DNA from: a virus
Strand: one strand, 5' to 3'
Length of the DNA: 64,000 nt
IMG/VR virus record: IMGVR_UViG_3300046506_000220
Coordinates: 1 to 64,000 of that record
Notes under the pieces: model-generated
Database searches by the model: none
The model's input: the letters and a program-made list of their open reading frames with translations, nothing else
Told to the model about the DNA's origin: nothing
Part shown: one piece after another, positions 19,201-28,900 of the stretch
Position numbering within the stretch: position 1 is the first letter of the stretch
How the letters are laid out: each line of letters starts with the position of its first letter
Program-made: the position numbers and the translations under genes

Positions 19201-22200
19201 GCCGCACGATCGAGACGCTGGGTCACAAAATGGTCGCGCTCAACCAGCATCCCGAGTTGCTCAAGCGTGAGATCGATGACGTTGCGAAGACGTTCGAGAA
19301 GTATGGTGAGCAGCTCGACAGGAGTGCGATTCACAAGACCGAGGACCTGATCGATGCGCTGCAACGCCTGCACGGTCAGATGGGTCAGCGTTATGAACTG
19401 AACACCAATATCGTTTCGGTTCAACTCGACCGGCTGAAGGATGAGACGCTGAAGAAGCTGGCCGATTCGGGCAAGGACTTTACGGCGGCGACGGCTGCGG
19501 GTCCCCAGGACAGGATCAACCGCGCCCGTGATACCTCGGTTCTCGTGACAGGGGACACGGGGGATATCGTGGAGAGCCTGGGCGACATCAGCATCCTTCC
19601 GAGTGGCCGGCGCTCCAGGGGCACGCTGCCGGTCAGTGGCGTCACGCAGGCTAACCTCGGGCAACTGACGGCCTATCTCGGTGAGCTGGTCGACCCGGCC
19701 AAAGTCGCTGCGTTTCAGGCAGGTGCTGCTCAGGGCCTTAATGCTTACCCGGAACCGACGACAGCTGACGAGGTTGCTAAAGCCATCGAACGGATCGACA
19801 ACGCCAGTGGTGCCCTGAATGCGGCGCGTAACGTGGTCAATACGGGTGCCCTCAACCCCAATGCGACGCTTCAGCAGAAGCAGACCGCCGGGGGGGTTGA
19901 ACAGTTATTCAGTAACTATCAGGCGGCGTTGAACGGCACGCGTGTTGTTCTTGAAACCCTCCAGCGCACCCTCTCCGAGCAGGTTACGGTTAAAGGCCAG
20001 CAGGATCAGAGCGCCTATGAGCGCAGTCCGGGCGTGGCCGCGCGCACCGCGGGAATCGACAGGGTTCTGCGTGCCGCTGAGCGTGTGCTGACCTCAGGTT
20101 CGGGCGTCAACCGTTCGCTTGACGACCTCTGGACTGCCCAGACGATGGCCGAGAGTGGCCGGCGCCAGTTCGGCAGGGATGGCAAGCCCCTGCGCTCCCC
20201 TAAGGGTGCGGTCGGTGTAGCCCAGGTGATGGAGGGCACGGGTCCCGAGGCGGCGGCTGATGCTGGCGTCGACTGGGATCGCGACAAATGGCTGAACGAC
20301 CCGGCCTACAACGAAAAGATCGGCAAAGCCTATATGGGCAAGCTGATGAAGAAGTACCGTGACAACAACACGCTGTCGCTTGCGGCCTACAACTGGGGGC
20401 AAGGCAACGTCGACAGCCTGCTGAAGACCGCGGGCGACTTCCGCAATCCGGCGAGTGGTATCACCGAGTCGGACTTCATTGACGCGATTACGGCCAGGTC
20501 CAAGTCAACGGAAACGGCGGACTACATCGCGCGTGTCGGAGGGGGGGCCGGTGCCGGCGCACTGGGCCAGTACTATGCGCTGAAGAACAATCGTGAGATG
20601 GCGGTGGCGGCGCAGCAGGCTGCCGAGCTGGTGCAGCAACTTAAAGCCGCGTTCGATCTGGCCGTCAAGGACAAGAATCTGCCTGAGCAGGCCAGCATCA
20701 CCATACAGCTGGATCGGGCGAAGACCAGTCTCGCGGCGTTCGAGACCGAATACAACAAGAAGCGCGAAGCCGCGGCCCCTGCCCTGCGCAAGGTCGCGCA
20801 GGCTGAGGAACGTGCGCTCGAAGCGCAACTCGGCGCGCTCAACAAGCAGATCAACGCCTCAACCGACATCGATGATATTCAGGTCAAGCGCGATGACACC
20901 AAGGCCCTGATCACGCAGAAGTACCAGACCCAGATCGATGTGCTGAAGAGTTCCAGCCAGATCCTGAAGGGTCCGGAGGGTGCGCCCACCTACTCGGCCG
21001 AGGTGGAGGCGCAGATCAGGAGCCTTCAGGATGAGCTGGCCGCGAAGCTCAGGTCACAGGACGAGGCGGTCGCGCACCATATCGAGACCGTCACCAAGGC
21101 GCTGGAGGATGCGAAGCTCAAGGAGCAGCTGAAGAAAGACGCCCAGGAGTTCAATGCCTTCATGAGTCGGCTGGGCCTCGACATGAAGGCGGGCGACACG
21201 CAGCTCAAGGTCGACCTTCGCCGAAATGCCCAGCCCCTGCGCGATGATGCGAGCCAGGCGGCGTACATGAACGACCCGCGCTACAGCGCGCAGTTCAGTG
21301 GGGTACAACGCCAGTCGCTGTCGTTCAGGCAGGCGGCGGACCAGGACGTGAAGGATCAGGCCGACTTTGCCCGCCAGCAACGCCGTCAGCTCGAACTCGA
21401 CGCATTTGCCGCGCAGGCGCAGGCCGAACGCATCACGCTGAATAACCGGCAGGCGGCGCAGGAGGCTGAGGTTGCCGGTTTCAGGAACCTCCCCGAAAGC
21501 GCCCCCGAGCGTGAGCGCGCGCAGAAAGCCCTGAACCAGACGTTGAATGAGCAGCTGGCCCTGACAGGCAGGATCGGGGAGCTTGAGCGCGACCAGACCA
21601 AGAACGCCGAGGACCGGCTGGAAACCGAAAGCAGGATCAACGCGAAGAAAGCCACGCCGCTCACGCTCGGCGAGGGCATCCTCGATGCCAACGCGAACTA
21701 CATCCGGATGCACGACGAGACGGCGCAGGCGCTTGACGGCTACAACCAGATGATCTCGACCACGCAGAACAACCTCGCGGGCTTTTTCGACACGATCCTG
21801 ACGAAGTCGGCGAGCGCGGGCGAGGCGATGAAGGCGTTCGCCCGCTCGTTCCTGCAGTCGATCCTGTCGATCATGGAGCAGCAGGCGGCGCTCTCGCTGG
21901 TGAAGTCGATCCTGGGCGCGTTCGGGTCGGCGGGCGCCTCGTCGGCGGGTGCCGGTGCCGATGTGCAGGTTGGCGGCCCGATGGACCTCGGATCGGGCAC
22001 CGTTACGGCGCTGCCTGCGATCCAGGGGGGGGTGGTTGGTGAGGGGGTGATCACCCGCGGGGGCGCGATCTCGCGCTTCGCGGGGGGTGGCCGGGTCAAT
22101 GGCCCGGTCAGTACGCGTGACTCGGTGCTTGCGCTGCTCAAGCCGGGCGAAGTCGTGATGAACGACGGCGCTGTTTCGGCCGTCGGCGAAGACTTCCTGA

Positions 22201-22421
22201 ATGGCCTGAATGCCCAGGGCAACCGCGTGATCTCGAGGAGCCAGCCGGCGCCGGCTCCGAAACGTGACCGGGTTCCGGATCACGTGAATGTCTGGGTCGT
22301 GGCACCGGACCAGAAGCCCCAGCTGGGTCCGCGCGACATCGTGGCCACCATCAGCGATGACATTACCCGTGGTGGCACGACCAAGCAGCTGATCCGGCAG
22401 GTTGCACTGGGGCAATCGTAA
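16269..22421 (+). CDS. Tape measure protein with lytic transglycosylase (SLT) domain
   Basis: 2050 aa, Ala-rich; TMP core; SLT motifs AESG..GAVGVAQVM..AAYNWGQGNV..ETADY; FAGGG..GP..DSV..L.PGEVVMN C-terminus. Confidence 0.9.
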   Translation: MAGENEIKKAEIGLGVTDETFHSYQRLISMLGTVFDQLTKIQGSARNINLGGVSFNDPDKAGFTEQLAGLQRDLRTLLNAIRQGTPNAQINSAILANQRANLQYSDSRVDLEMTKNANAAAERRVMLQKQQNVAAEASRAYAIEQIGLSREIQQVTERVAIAQERYRNALVSTDVTAATAAKREIRDGRDRLNQLQEELNLRERGAKVRLGNVLDAGGDSSIANAQLAAVTAGKAELREAQRMVAAAVRQAETQANAQLRAAQAPIDRAFTVATAEDRRRYVDANIAAGRVGPDRTRLEQLRDRVAAQQQAEAEAGQAALDRQGAKVGPTRERLFALRDKVAAQQQKEAEAEQAALDRQGAQVGPARERLLALRDKVAAQQQKEAQAEQEALNRQGAQVGPDRVRLQALRDRVAAQQQKEADAEQAVLNRQGAKVGPDRARLQALRDKVAAQQQKEAEAEQAALNRQGAQFGPDRSTIYKLRDQLWEQQKKSDTIFETMLRQAQIYNKKWEEDQKKQAGVGQSDADIRQRRYGQVFGDGGAALALTQTGLTANYMLTRGVATAFADAIRFTVEYGEALAHLRTITNASDGQMQTFRETIEGVSNATRYSAVDLTRAAASLSETGVTASQMKVALKGVADLATATGEDFATTVDTVTGALGAFKLSATDSVQVTNMIAQAVNGSRLTMEKLKGSFETTGETASEAGVSFKELLAATEAIANTGSASGATLSTGLRQLLIDLEKPSQNFKMILAQVGLTEEDINVKTQGLYGAMRNLHDAGFTAADAMQSFNARSSAAFTALSGNLGAMATFEGQLNNTDAATRATTQQMDTLGAQFDRFKNQTSLLVGEAFTPLLFGFKELIKLASDLETNMRGAGAGVEVIGTALGGAALAGAGRYVGGLAGGLTGMAVGGFKAAAAAAEVGGQMGVIVAAAAAAVAGIAYLVRALSDTNKAFDAQVTAVKAAKDAQSESQQGMDSLGRTIETLGHKMVALNQHPELLKREIDDVAKTFEKYGEQLDRSAIHKTEDLIDALQRLHGQMGQRYELNTNIVSVQLDRLKDETLKKLADSGKDFTAATAAGPQDRINRARDTSVLVTGDTGDIVESLGDISILPSGRRSRGTLPVSGVTQANLGQLTAYLGELVDPAKVAAFQAGAAQGLNAYPEPTTADEVAKAIERIDNASGALNAARNVVNTGALNPNATLQQKQTAGGVEQLFSNYQAALNGTRVVLETLQRTLSEQVTVKGQQDQSAYERSPGVAARTAGIDRVLRAAERVLTSGSGVNRSLDDLWTAQTMAESGRRQFGRDGKPLRSPKGAVGVAQVMEGTGPEAAADAGVDWDRDKWLNDPAYNEKIGKAYMGKLMKKYRDNNTLSLAAYNWGQGNVDSLLKTAGDFRNPASGITESDFIDAITARSKSTETADYIARVGGGAGAGALGQYYALKNNREMAVAAQQAAELVQQLKAAFDLAVKDKNLPEQASITIQLDRAKTSLAAFETEYNKKREAAAPALRKVAQAEERALEAQLGALNKQINASTDIDDIQVKRDDTKALITQKYQTQIDVLKSSSQILKGPEGAPTYSAEVEAQIRSLQDELAAKLRSQDEAVAHHIETVTKALEDAKLKEQLKKDAQEFNAFMSRLGLDMKAGDTQLKVDLRRNAQPLRDDASQAAYMNDPRYSAQFSGVQRQSLSFRQAADQDVKDQADFARQQRRQLELDAFAAQAQAERITLNNRQAAQEAEVAGFRNLPESAPERERAQKALNQTLNEQLALTGRIGELERDQTKNAEDRLETESRINAKKATPLTLGEGILDANANYIRMHDETAQALDGYNQMISTTQNNLAGFFDTILTKSASAGEAMKAFARSFLQSILSIMEQQAALSLVKSILGAFGSAGASSAGAGADVQVGGPMDLGSGTVTALPAIQGGVVGEGVITRGGAISRFAGGGRVNGPVSTRDSVLALLKPGEVVMNDGAVSAVGEDFLNGLNAQGNRVISRSQPAPAPKRDRVPDHVNVWVVAPDQKPQLGPRDIVATISDDITRGGTTKQLIRQVALGQS
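17139..17725 (+). repeat. 108-bp (36-aa) tandem repeat in the tape measure gene, 5 full copies plus 1 partial
   Basis: Units start at 17139, 17247, 17355, 17463, 17571 and 17679 (VGPDR.RL..LRD.VAAQQQKEA...). Confidence 0.9.
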
Positions 22422-22813
22422 TGGCCACTACCGCGACCTTCGACTTCCCGCTGCACATGGTGGAGGACAAGAACACGGACCCCGGCAACCGGGTCCAGCT
22501 GGGTAACTCCTATATGTTCGCCACGCCCCCCACGGCGCCTACTCCGCGTGTGTTCGTCCTCTCCTTCGAGACCATGTGGCGGGGCCTGAAGGCCGACGGC
22601 ACGATGGACACCACGACACTCGCGCAGACGAACGCCGGGGCGCTGTGGGCGTTCTACCAGACATATCAGTTGCACAAGACGTTTCAATATCAGCATCCGT
22701 GGTTCGGCGCGGTCAACGTGCGCTTTAACAAGCCGCTTGAACTGCCCAAGGGCAGGAAAGGCGCCGACGGCTGGACCGAGGCCTTCAGCATTGAGCTGAT
22801 CGAGCAGCCTTGA
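22421..22813 (+). CDS. Minor tail protein (lambda M-like / distal tail)
   Basis: 130 aa immediately after the tape measure; synteny. Confidence 0.6.
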   Translation: MATTATFDFPLHMVEDKNTDPGNRVQLGNSYMFATPPTAPTPRVFVLSFETMWRGLKADGTMDTTTLAQTNAGALWAFYQTYQLHKTFQYQHPWFGAVNVRFNKPLELPKGRKGADGWTEAFSIELIEQP

Positions 22814-23304
22814 GAGCCGATCTTCCCGATACCCATGTAGCCGACGCCTTCGAGCTGTCGCCCGATGCGCTGGTGGATCTGTTCAGGATCCAGCTCAACC
22901 AGCTCGGCGGCAGCACGATCATCTGCATGACGGCGCAGAAGCAGGTGGTCTGGCAAGGGATGACCTTTGAATCGATCGCCGTGAACCTGACCCAGGAAGG
23001 GGTCAGCACCAACGGGGAATGGCAACGTCCGAAATTTACCGTTGCGAATCCCGACGGGGTGTTCTCGGCATTCGTTGCACAGGGAAAAATGGACGCCGCG
23101 ACGATTACCCGCTACCGCGTCAACAAGGCGGACGTGGATGCCAACATCGGCCGCTTTGCGATGAACGTCTGGCGTCAGTCGAAGACCCTGTCGATGAGCA
23201 GGACACTGGTCACCTTCGAGCTGCGCTCGCCGCTGGACGGCCCCCAGTTCCAGCTGCCGGCCCGCGCCTTCTATCCTCCGGAGTATCCGCATGTCTCTTT
23301 GTAA
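22810..23304 (+). CDS. Minor tail protein L-like (short form)
   Basis: DLF.I, WQG..F, RP..TVAN and VTFELRSPLD...QLPAR motifs. Confidence 0.7.
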   Translation: MRADLPDTHVADAFELSPDALVDLFRIQLNQLGGSTIICMTAQKQVVWQGMTFESIAVNLTQEGVSTNGEWQRPKFTVANPDGVFSAFVAQGKMDAATITRYRVNKADVDANIGRFAMNVWRQSKTLSMSRTLVTFELRSPLDGPQFQLPARAFYPPEYPHVSL

Positions 23305-24571
23305 ATAACCCAACCCTAAAGGACGGAGCTTTCCACTGTATCAGGACGAACCCGATGCGTGAATTCAGGACGATTTACAGCGCCCCTTACCAAACCGATA
23401 GGGTTGGCAAAATCAGCTATGTTGACGGACGCGTTAACGTCTGAGTGCCGCTGATTTCCGCACAAACAGGAGAAGTGATGCTTAACCCGTTTTCCGATAG
23501 CCCCACATACCGAGCACGTTTGGCTGGTATAAGCAGGGTCGACATACACCACAGCCAATCCGGCACCTTGCGCCTTGTAGGCCACAAAGTCCTGCAATTG
23601 GGCGAAGGCCCAGCGATGCAGCCGTGTTTTCATCCGCTTACCTGCTTTGATTCTGGCGCGGATATAGGTCAGGTCTTCCATGCGGATTTCGCCTGCCCCA
23701 ACACGGATAGCTTCTGTAACGATGGCTTTGCTGGTTTCGTGGTTGACGTGCCTGACATGTCGTTGTTCACGCCCGGAGATAGCGCGCAGCTTTCGCTTGG
23801 CTGCACGGCTACCGTTGGCTTGGAGGCGACGACGATGGGCAAGGTATTTGTCGCGGTTATGCCGCAGTTGTCCGCCACCAAACACCTTTCCAGTGCTGGT
23901 TGCAGCGAGGTTGTTCTCCCCAACATCAACCCCAAAAGTACCACCGGTAACAGGCGTGATATCGGGCAAGTTGAGAACAAGATTGAAATACCAGACGCCT
24001 TTTTTGATAACAAGTCTGGCTTCTTTCGGTTGTCCGTTGGCGAAAAGATTGAATTGATGCTTTCCGCCAACAAATGGAATGTGCTCGCGTCCGCCCAAAG
24101 TGAACAGGGAGAGCGCGTTACCCTTGATCGAGTATGTGCGCTTGTCGAAATTGACGGACGTGGGATGGAATGTGATAACTGGAACAGGCTTGTCCTTGTC
24201 GAATTTCTTGTTGGCTTTCAGCGTTCTATAGGCGTCAGCCACACGATGCACCGCCTGACACACCATCTGGCTACCGAGCGCCGGGAACCGTTCCCGCACC
24301 AGATAGTAAGCAAGATGGTGCAACGCAACGCGATTCCAGCAACGCTGCTCCATTGCCATCGGAACGATGGAATTGCATGCACCCGAAAACTCAATAGTCA
24401 AAGCAGAAAGCGCCGCCGATTGTTCGGCAGTTGCCAGCAGCTTCAACGATATGGTTCGATGGGTCATTTTGTGATCATACAGTCTTGTGTGAAAAGTTCC
24501 GTGTGCTCGACCGCAATGCGGTCACTCTCGGCTTGAAGCTAGGATTTCTCAGGGTTCGAAGATGTCACTTT
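23301..24571 (-). mobile_element. IS200/IS605-family element, tnpB only (IS1341-like)
   Basis: Carries tnpB; right end ...CCGTCCTTTAGGGTTGGGTTATTTAC; left-end hairpin GACCGCA-A-TGCGGTC (24509-24523); lower GC; removing it reconstitutes the L/K gene overlap. Ends are inferred. Confidence 0.75.
23316..24467 (-). CDS. tnpB: TnpB RNA-guided endonuclease
   Basis: RuvC motifs GVDVG, MEDL and SDVNASVNI intact; YTSQTCSVCG..CLCG zinc ribbon. Confidence 0.92.
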   Translation of the reverse strand: MTHRTISLKLLATAEQSAALSALTIEFSGACNSIVPMAMEQRCWNRVALHHLAYYLVRERFPALGSQMVCQAVHRVADAYRTLKANKKFDKDKPVPVITFHPTSVNFDKRTYSIKGNALSLFTLGGREHIPFVGGKHQFNLFANGQPKEARLVIKKGVWYFNLVLNLPDITPVTGGTFGVDVGENNLAATSTGKVFGGGQLRHNRDKYLAHRRRLQANGSRAAKRKLRAISGREQRHVRHVNHETSKAIVTEAIRVGAGEIRMEDLTYIRARIKAGKRMKTRLHRWAFAQLQDFVAYKAQGAGLAVVYVDPAYTSQTCSVCGAIGKRVKHHFSCLCGNQRHSDVNASVNIADFANPIGLVRGAVNRPEFTHRVRPDTVESSVL

Positions 24572-25083
24572 ATGAACAATACATCGAGGGGTTTGAAGGT
24601 CTGCCCTATGTGGAAGGCCGGTCTGACTGCTACGGCCTGGTGCGCAGGTGGATCCGCCTGAAGTACGACATCAGGTTGACCAACTACGCGCGTCCGCCCG
24701 CGTGGGAAGACGACGGATTCAACCTGCTTGGCGACTACTTCGGGCGGGAAGGTTTCGTGATCGTCATGGTTGCGCTGAACCGGCTGGAGATCGGGGACCT
24801 TCTTCTGATGCGCATCGCCAGTCGCAGCGGGGTGGCGAACCATATCGGCATTTATGTGGGCAACGGCTATGTCCTCCATCATCTTTACGGCCAGAAGTCC
24901 AGGGTTGATGCGCTCAATGAACAGTGGAAGGGACGGGTTCTGGATGTTCTCCGGCATCCGGACATCTCAGCGAAAAACATTGAGACCGTCGAGAAGATTG
25001 ACCTGATGACCCTGCTTCCCCCGCACATGAGAGAGAAATATGAACGAGCAGCAGCTGCTGGCACTGTGGAATCCGCAGGTTGA
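24562..25083 (+). CDS. NlpC/P60 tail assembly protein (K-like)
   Basis: GLPY..GRSDCYGLVR; GDLLL; NHIGIYVGNGYVLHH. Confidence 0.85.
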   Translation: MSLYEQYIEGFEGLPYVEGRSDCYGLVRRWIRLKYDIRLTNYARPPAWEDDGFNLLGDYFGREGFVIVMVALNRLEIGDLLLMRIASRSGVANHIGIYVGNGYVLHHLYGQKSRVDALNEQWKGRVLDVLRHPDISAKNIETVEKIDLMTLLPPHMREKYERAAAAGTVESAG

Positions 25084-25471
25084 GCGTTGTGGCTTCATCC
25101 TGAGCGATGGCGAGATCGTCGAGTGTCCTAACGTTCACGAGAATCCGGAAAAAGGCTTTGAAATCCCACTCCAGTCCATCACACAATACAGGGATCGCGT
25201 GAGCGCCACGTGGCACACGCATCCGGCGACGGGACCGAACCTCAGTGCGCAGGACTACAAGGCGTTCCAGCTCTGGCCCAGGTGGTACCACTACATCATT
25301 GGTGAACGGGAAGTCTGGTGTTTTTACGTTCGCAACAACGCGGTGATCCTGTTCGATGAAGACGATCTATCTGCATGGCTCCCTGAAGGATCGACACCCG
25401 GAGCCGATCAAGGTCCACGCGTCGAGCGTGGCGGAAGCGCTGTCGATCCTGAAGCAGCTTCCGGCGTTTGA
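25040..25471 (+). CDS. JAB/MPN domain tail protein
   Basis: ERCGFI...NVH...WHTHP....LSAQD metalloprotease motif. Confidence 0.8.
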   Translation: MNEQQLLALWNPQVERCGFILSDGEIVECPNVHENPEKGFEIPLQSITQYRDRVSATWHTHPATGPNLSAQDYKAFQLWPRWYHYIIGEREVWCFYVRNNAVILFDEDDLSAWLPEGSTPGADQGPRVERGGSAVDPEAASGV

Positions 25472-25973
25472 CGTGGAGAACCCGGTCGAGGTCCGCGTCA
25501 GGGGCTTCGAGTGCCGGGATGCGCTTTACGCGGCGACCGATGTCGACGAGCTGCACGTGTACCCGGCGCTGCGCGGCGGCGGTGGCAACGGCGGGTTCCT
25601 GCAGATCATCATTGGCGCGGTGCTGGTGGTGGTGGGAGTCATCGTATCCTTTATCCCCGGTGGGCAACCGTTTGGCATTTCCATCGCGATGAGCGGCGCG
25701 ATGATGATGCTCGGCGGCCTGATCCAGCTGCTGGCGCCCTCTCCCAAGGCGAGTACCAGCGCCGACACGAGCCAGTCGCTCTACATCCCGTCGAACCAGA
25801 ACACCACGAAAATTGGCACGCGCATCAAGCTGATCTTCGGCACCGTGCGGACCTTCGGCCACTACCTGTCCTTCAATGTCGATGCCCGACGGCTCGATAA
25901 CAGCACGCTTGCGCTTGGCGGCTACTGCAACTACACCGGGGCAGGTCAGGCCCAGAACTGCGTGCTGGGTTAA
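25356..25973 (+). CDS. Tail assembly protein I-like
   Basis: Ubiquitin-like N-terminus (IYLHGSL), GGGG linker, hydrophobic QIIIGAVL segment. Confidence 0.8.
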   Translation: MKTIYLHGSLKDRHPEPIKVHASSVAEALSILKQLPAFDVENPVEVRVRGFECRDALYAATDVDELHVYPALRGGGGNGGFLQIIIGAVLVVVGVIVSFIPGGQPFGISIAMSGAMMMLGGLIQLLAPSPKASTSADTSQSLYIPSNQNTTKIGTRIKLIFGTVRTFGHYLSFNVDARRLDNSTLALGGYCNYTGAGQAQNCVLG

Positions 25974-28900
25974 ATGCACACCAACCGCACACTCCGGGGC
26001 GCAGGTGGGGGCGGGAGTGGTTCGAAGAACCCCACCCGCACCGATGACAACCTGTTCTCGCGCGACACGGTCGAGATCGTCCTGGCGCTCGGTGAAGGTC
26101 CGATCCGGGGACTGCGCAATGGCATGCAGTCGTTCCATGTCGGCGGCACGCCGCTGATGTCGGAGAATGGCTCGATCAACTTCGAGTCGTTCAATCTTGG
26201 CGTCAAGCTCGGGCACCCCGGCGAGTCCCCGATCAACTTCCAGCTCGGTGGCGAAGCCTCCAACACGGCCGTCGGCACGCGCCTCTTTCAGGGTACCTGG
26301 ATCACCCGCCAGACCGATGCGTCGCTTCGGAATGACATCGACCAGCTCCAGGTCCGGCTTCAGGTCAGCACGCTGTATGTCCAGAACGACAAGGGTTCGT
26401 TCAACAACACGGCGCACTTCCATATCCAGTACCGCGCCGCGTCGAGTCCGTCCTGGTCGGAATACAACGGCAGCGGCGGCATTGCCGTGACGGGCAAGAC
26501 CTCAAGCGGCGTGATCGTCGAGTATGCATGGAATGTGCCGCGTATCAACGATGACTGGGTGATCCGCGTTCTCAAGGACAATCCCGACAGCAGCACCACC
26601 GACTATTGCGACATCACCTGGGAAAGCTTCCAGATGGTTACCGCGAGCAACCGGACCTATAACCGGGTTGCCCTCCTCCATCTGGTTGCGCTCGCAACAA
26701 GCCAGTTCAGCTCGATCCCGGATTTTGCGGCGGAAGTTGACGGTCTCGAACTGCTGGTGCCGACCAACTACAACACCGACCTGCACACCTACGACGAAGG
26801 CACGCCGTGGAACGGGGGGTTCAAGCAGACCTGGACCAACAATAACGCCTGGGTTCTCTACAACCTGATCATGAACCCCGACTGGGGACTGGCGAAGTAC
26901 TACCCGTGGATCACCTGCAACCGCTTCGACTTCTACGATGCCGGTAAATGGTGTGATGTCATGGTCCCGGACGGGCGAGGCGGCTGGCAACCGCGCTACA
27001 CCTTCAACATGGAGATCAAGGACGCGCAAAGTGGCCTTGACATGCTGCAGTACGTGGCGGGCACCTTCGGCGCGGTGATCTTCGACGATGCGACCGGCAT
27101 GGTCCATCTGCGCGTCGACCGGTGGGAGGAACCGACCCTGCTGCTGACACCCGAGAACGTGTCACCTGAGGGTTTCAGCTACACCTTCACCGATATGGCC
27201 TCCCGCTATAACGACCTGGAGGTGCATTTCGTCAACCCGGACCTGGATTATCAGGGTGACCTGCGCAACGTCACTGACCCGAACCATATCGCGCTATACG
27301 GCCATATCCCGAACTCGTTCGAGGCGATTGGCTGTACCAGCGAGCATGAAGCGCTGCGCCGCGCCTACTACCGGCTGATCACGAACCTGACCGAGACCAT
27401 GACGGTCACGTGCAGGACCGCGCGGCTCGGACGCATCATTGACCCGTACAGGCCGATCTACATTGCCGACCCGACCACTGGTTATTCGACGGGTGGCCGG
27501 ATCAGGTCGATCGCCAACAACCTGATCTATCTGCGCGACCCGATCTATTTTACGGTCAACCAGAACTACAACCTGAAGCTTCAGGCGCGCGGCGGCCTGT
27601 GGACACTGGTGGTGGCGCCCGATATGGTCGGTAGTGCCTACCAGTTGCGCATCGTGAGTGGCGTCATCCCACCGGACATCCCCGACCGCACCGTCTTCAC
27701 GATCGAGGATAACGGCGGCTTTGGCATTGCGAAGCCCTTCCGGCCGCTCACGATCAGTCCCGCCGATGGCTCACCGAACGAATACGACATCACGGCTGTC
27801 GAGATCAACATCAACAAGCAGGCCGCGGCGGATAACTGCACACCCGTCGGTAGCACGCAGTATTCGTTCAAGAATCCGCTGATCCCCCCTCCCCCGACGA
27901 ATCTGGTCGCGGAGTCGGGCACGGCCATGCTGTTTCTCAGCCAGGACGGCACCATCATGGCGCGCATTCACGCGTCGTGGGACCCGCCTGGGACCGCCGT
28001 CATCAAGAACTACCTGATCCACTGGAAGGAGTCCAACCAGTCGACGTGGTTCGAGACGACCTCGATGAGCGAGAGTGTCATCCTGGCACCCTGCAAGACG
28101 GGGGTGCAGTACGACATCGTTGTCTGGGCAATCAGCAGCTTTGACTATCGTAGCGCCCAGCTCGCGATGTGGAACTACACCTGCCTGGGCAAGGATGAGC
28201 CGCCGAGTGACGTGCAGAACTTCAATGCCATCAAGCGCTCACAGGACATCCTGCTGAGATGGGATCCGATTGCGGATCTGGACCGCGCCGGCTATGAGCT
28301 GCGTCTGGGGTCCAACTGGGACACGGCGGTGGTGCTCGTGACCGACTATGCGGCCACCCAGTTTGCCTGGACCACCACGCAGGGGGGCAGCTACGACTTC
28401 CTGATCCGCGCCATCGACACCTCGCACAACTACTCCCGCCTGCCAACCCGCACGACGCTGCGGCTGTACGGCCCGTCTGCGGTGACCGGGGCGATTGCGA
28501 TCCAGTCAGGCAACCGGGTCGACCTGCGGTGGAATCCGAACCCGGAAGACAACATCACCGACTACGAGATCCGCGAGGGAGGCACGTGGGCGACCGCCGT
28601 GTTCGTGGCCAAGGTGAAGTCGACCACCTACGCCGCCACGGCGGGCGCGGCAGGTACGCGGATCTTCTGGCTGAAGGCGATCGCGTCGCCGGGGATCTAT
28701 TCAGACAAGGCGACGTTCGTGACCACCGACATCGCCCAGTCCGACAGCACCAACATCCTGTACTCGTCGGATGAGGTGGCCAAGGGCTTCACCGGGCCAA
28801 AGTTCAACATGGTGTCCTATGGCCAGTCGCTGCGCATGGATGATGGCAAGACGAGGTCTGAATACTTCTTCTCGGTGAACCTGGGAGATGTATTCCGTGC

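Noticed and set aside
22810-25083. L or K pseudogenised by the IS
   Set aside because: Both reading frames are complete with the element in place.
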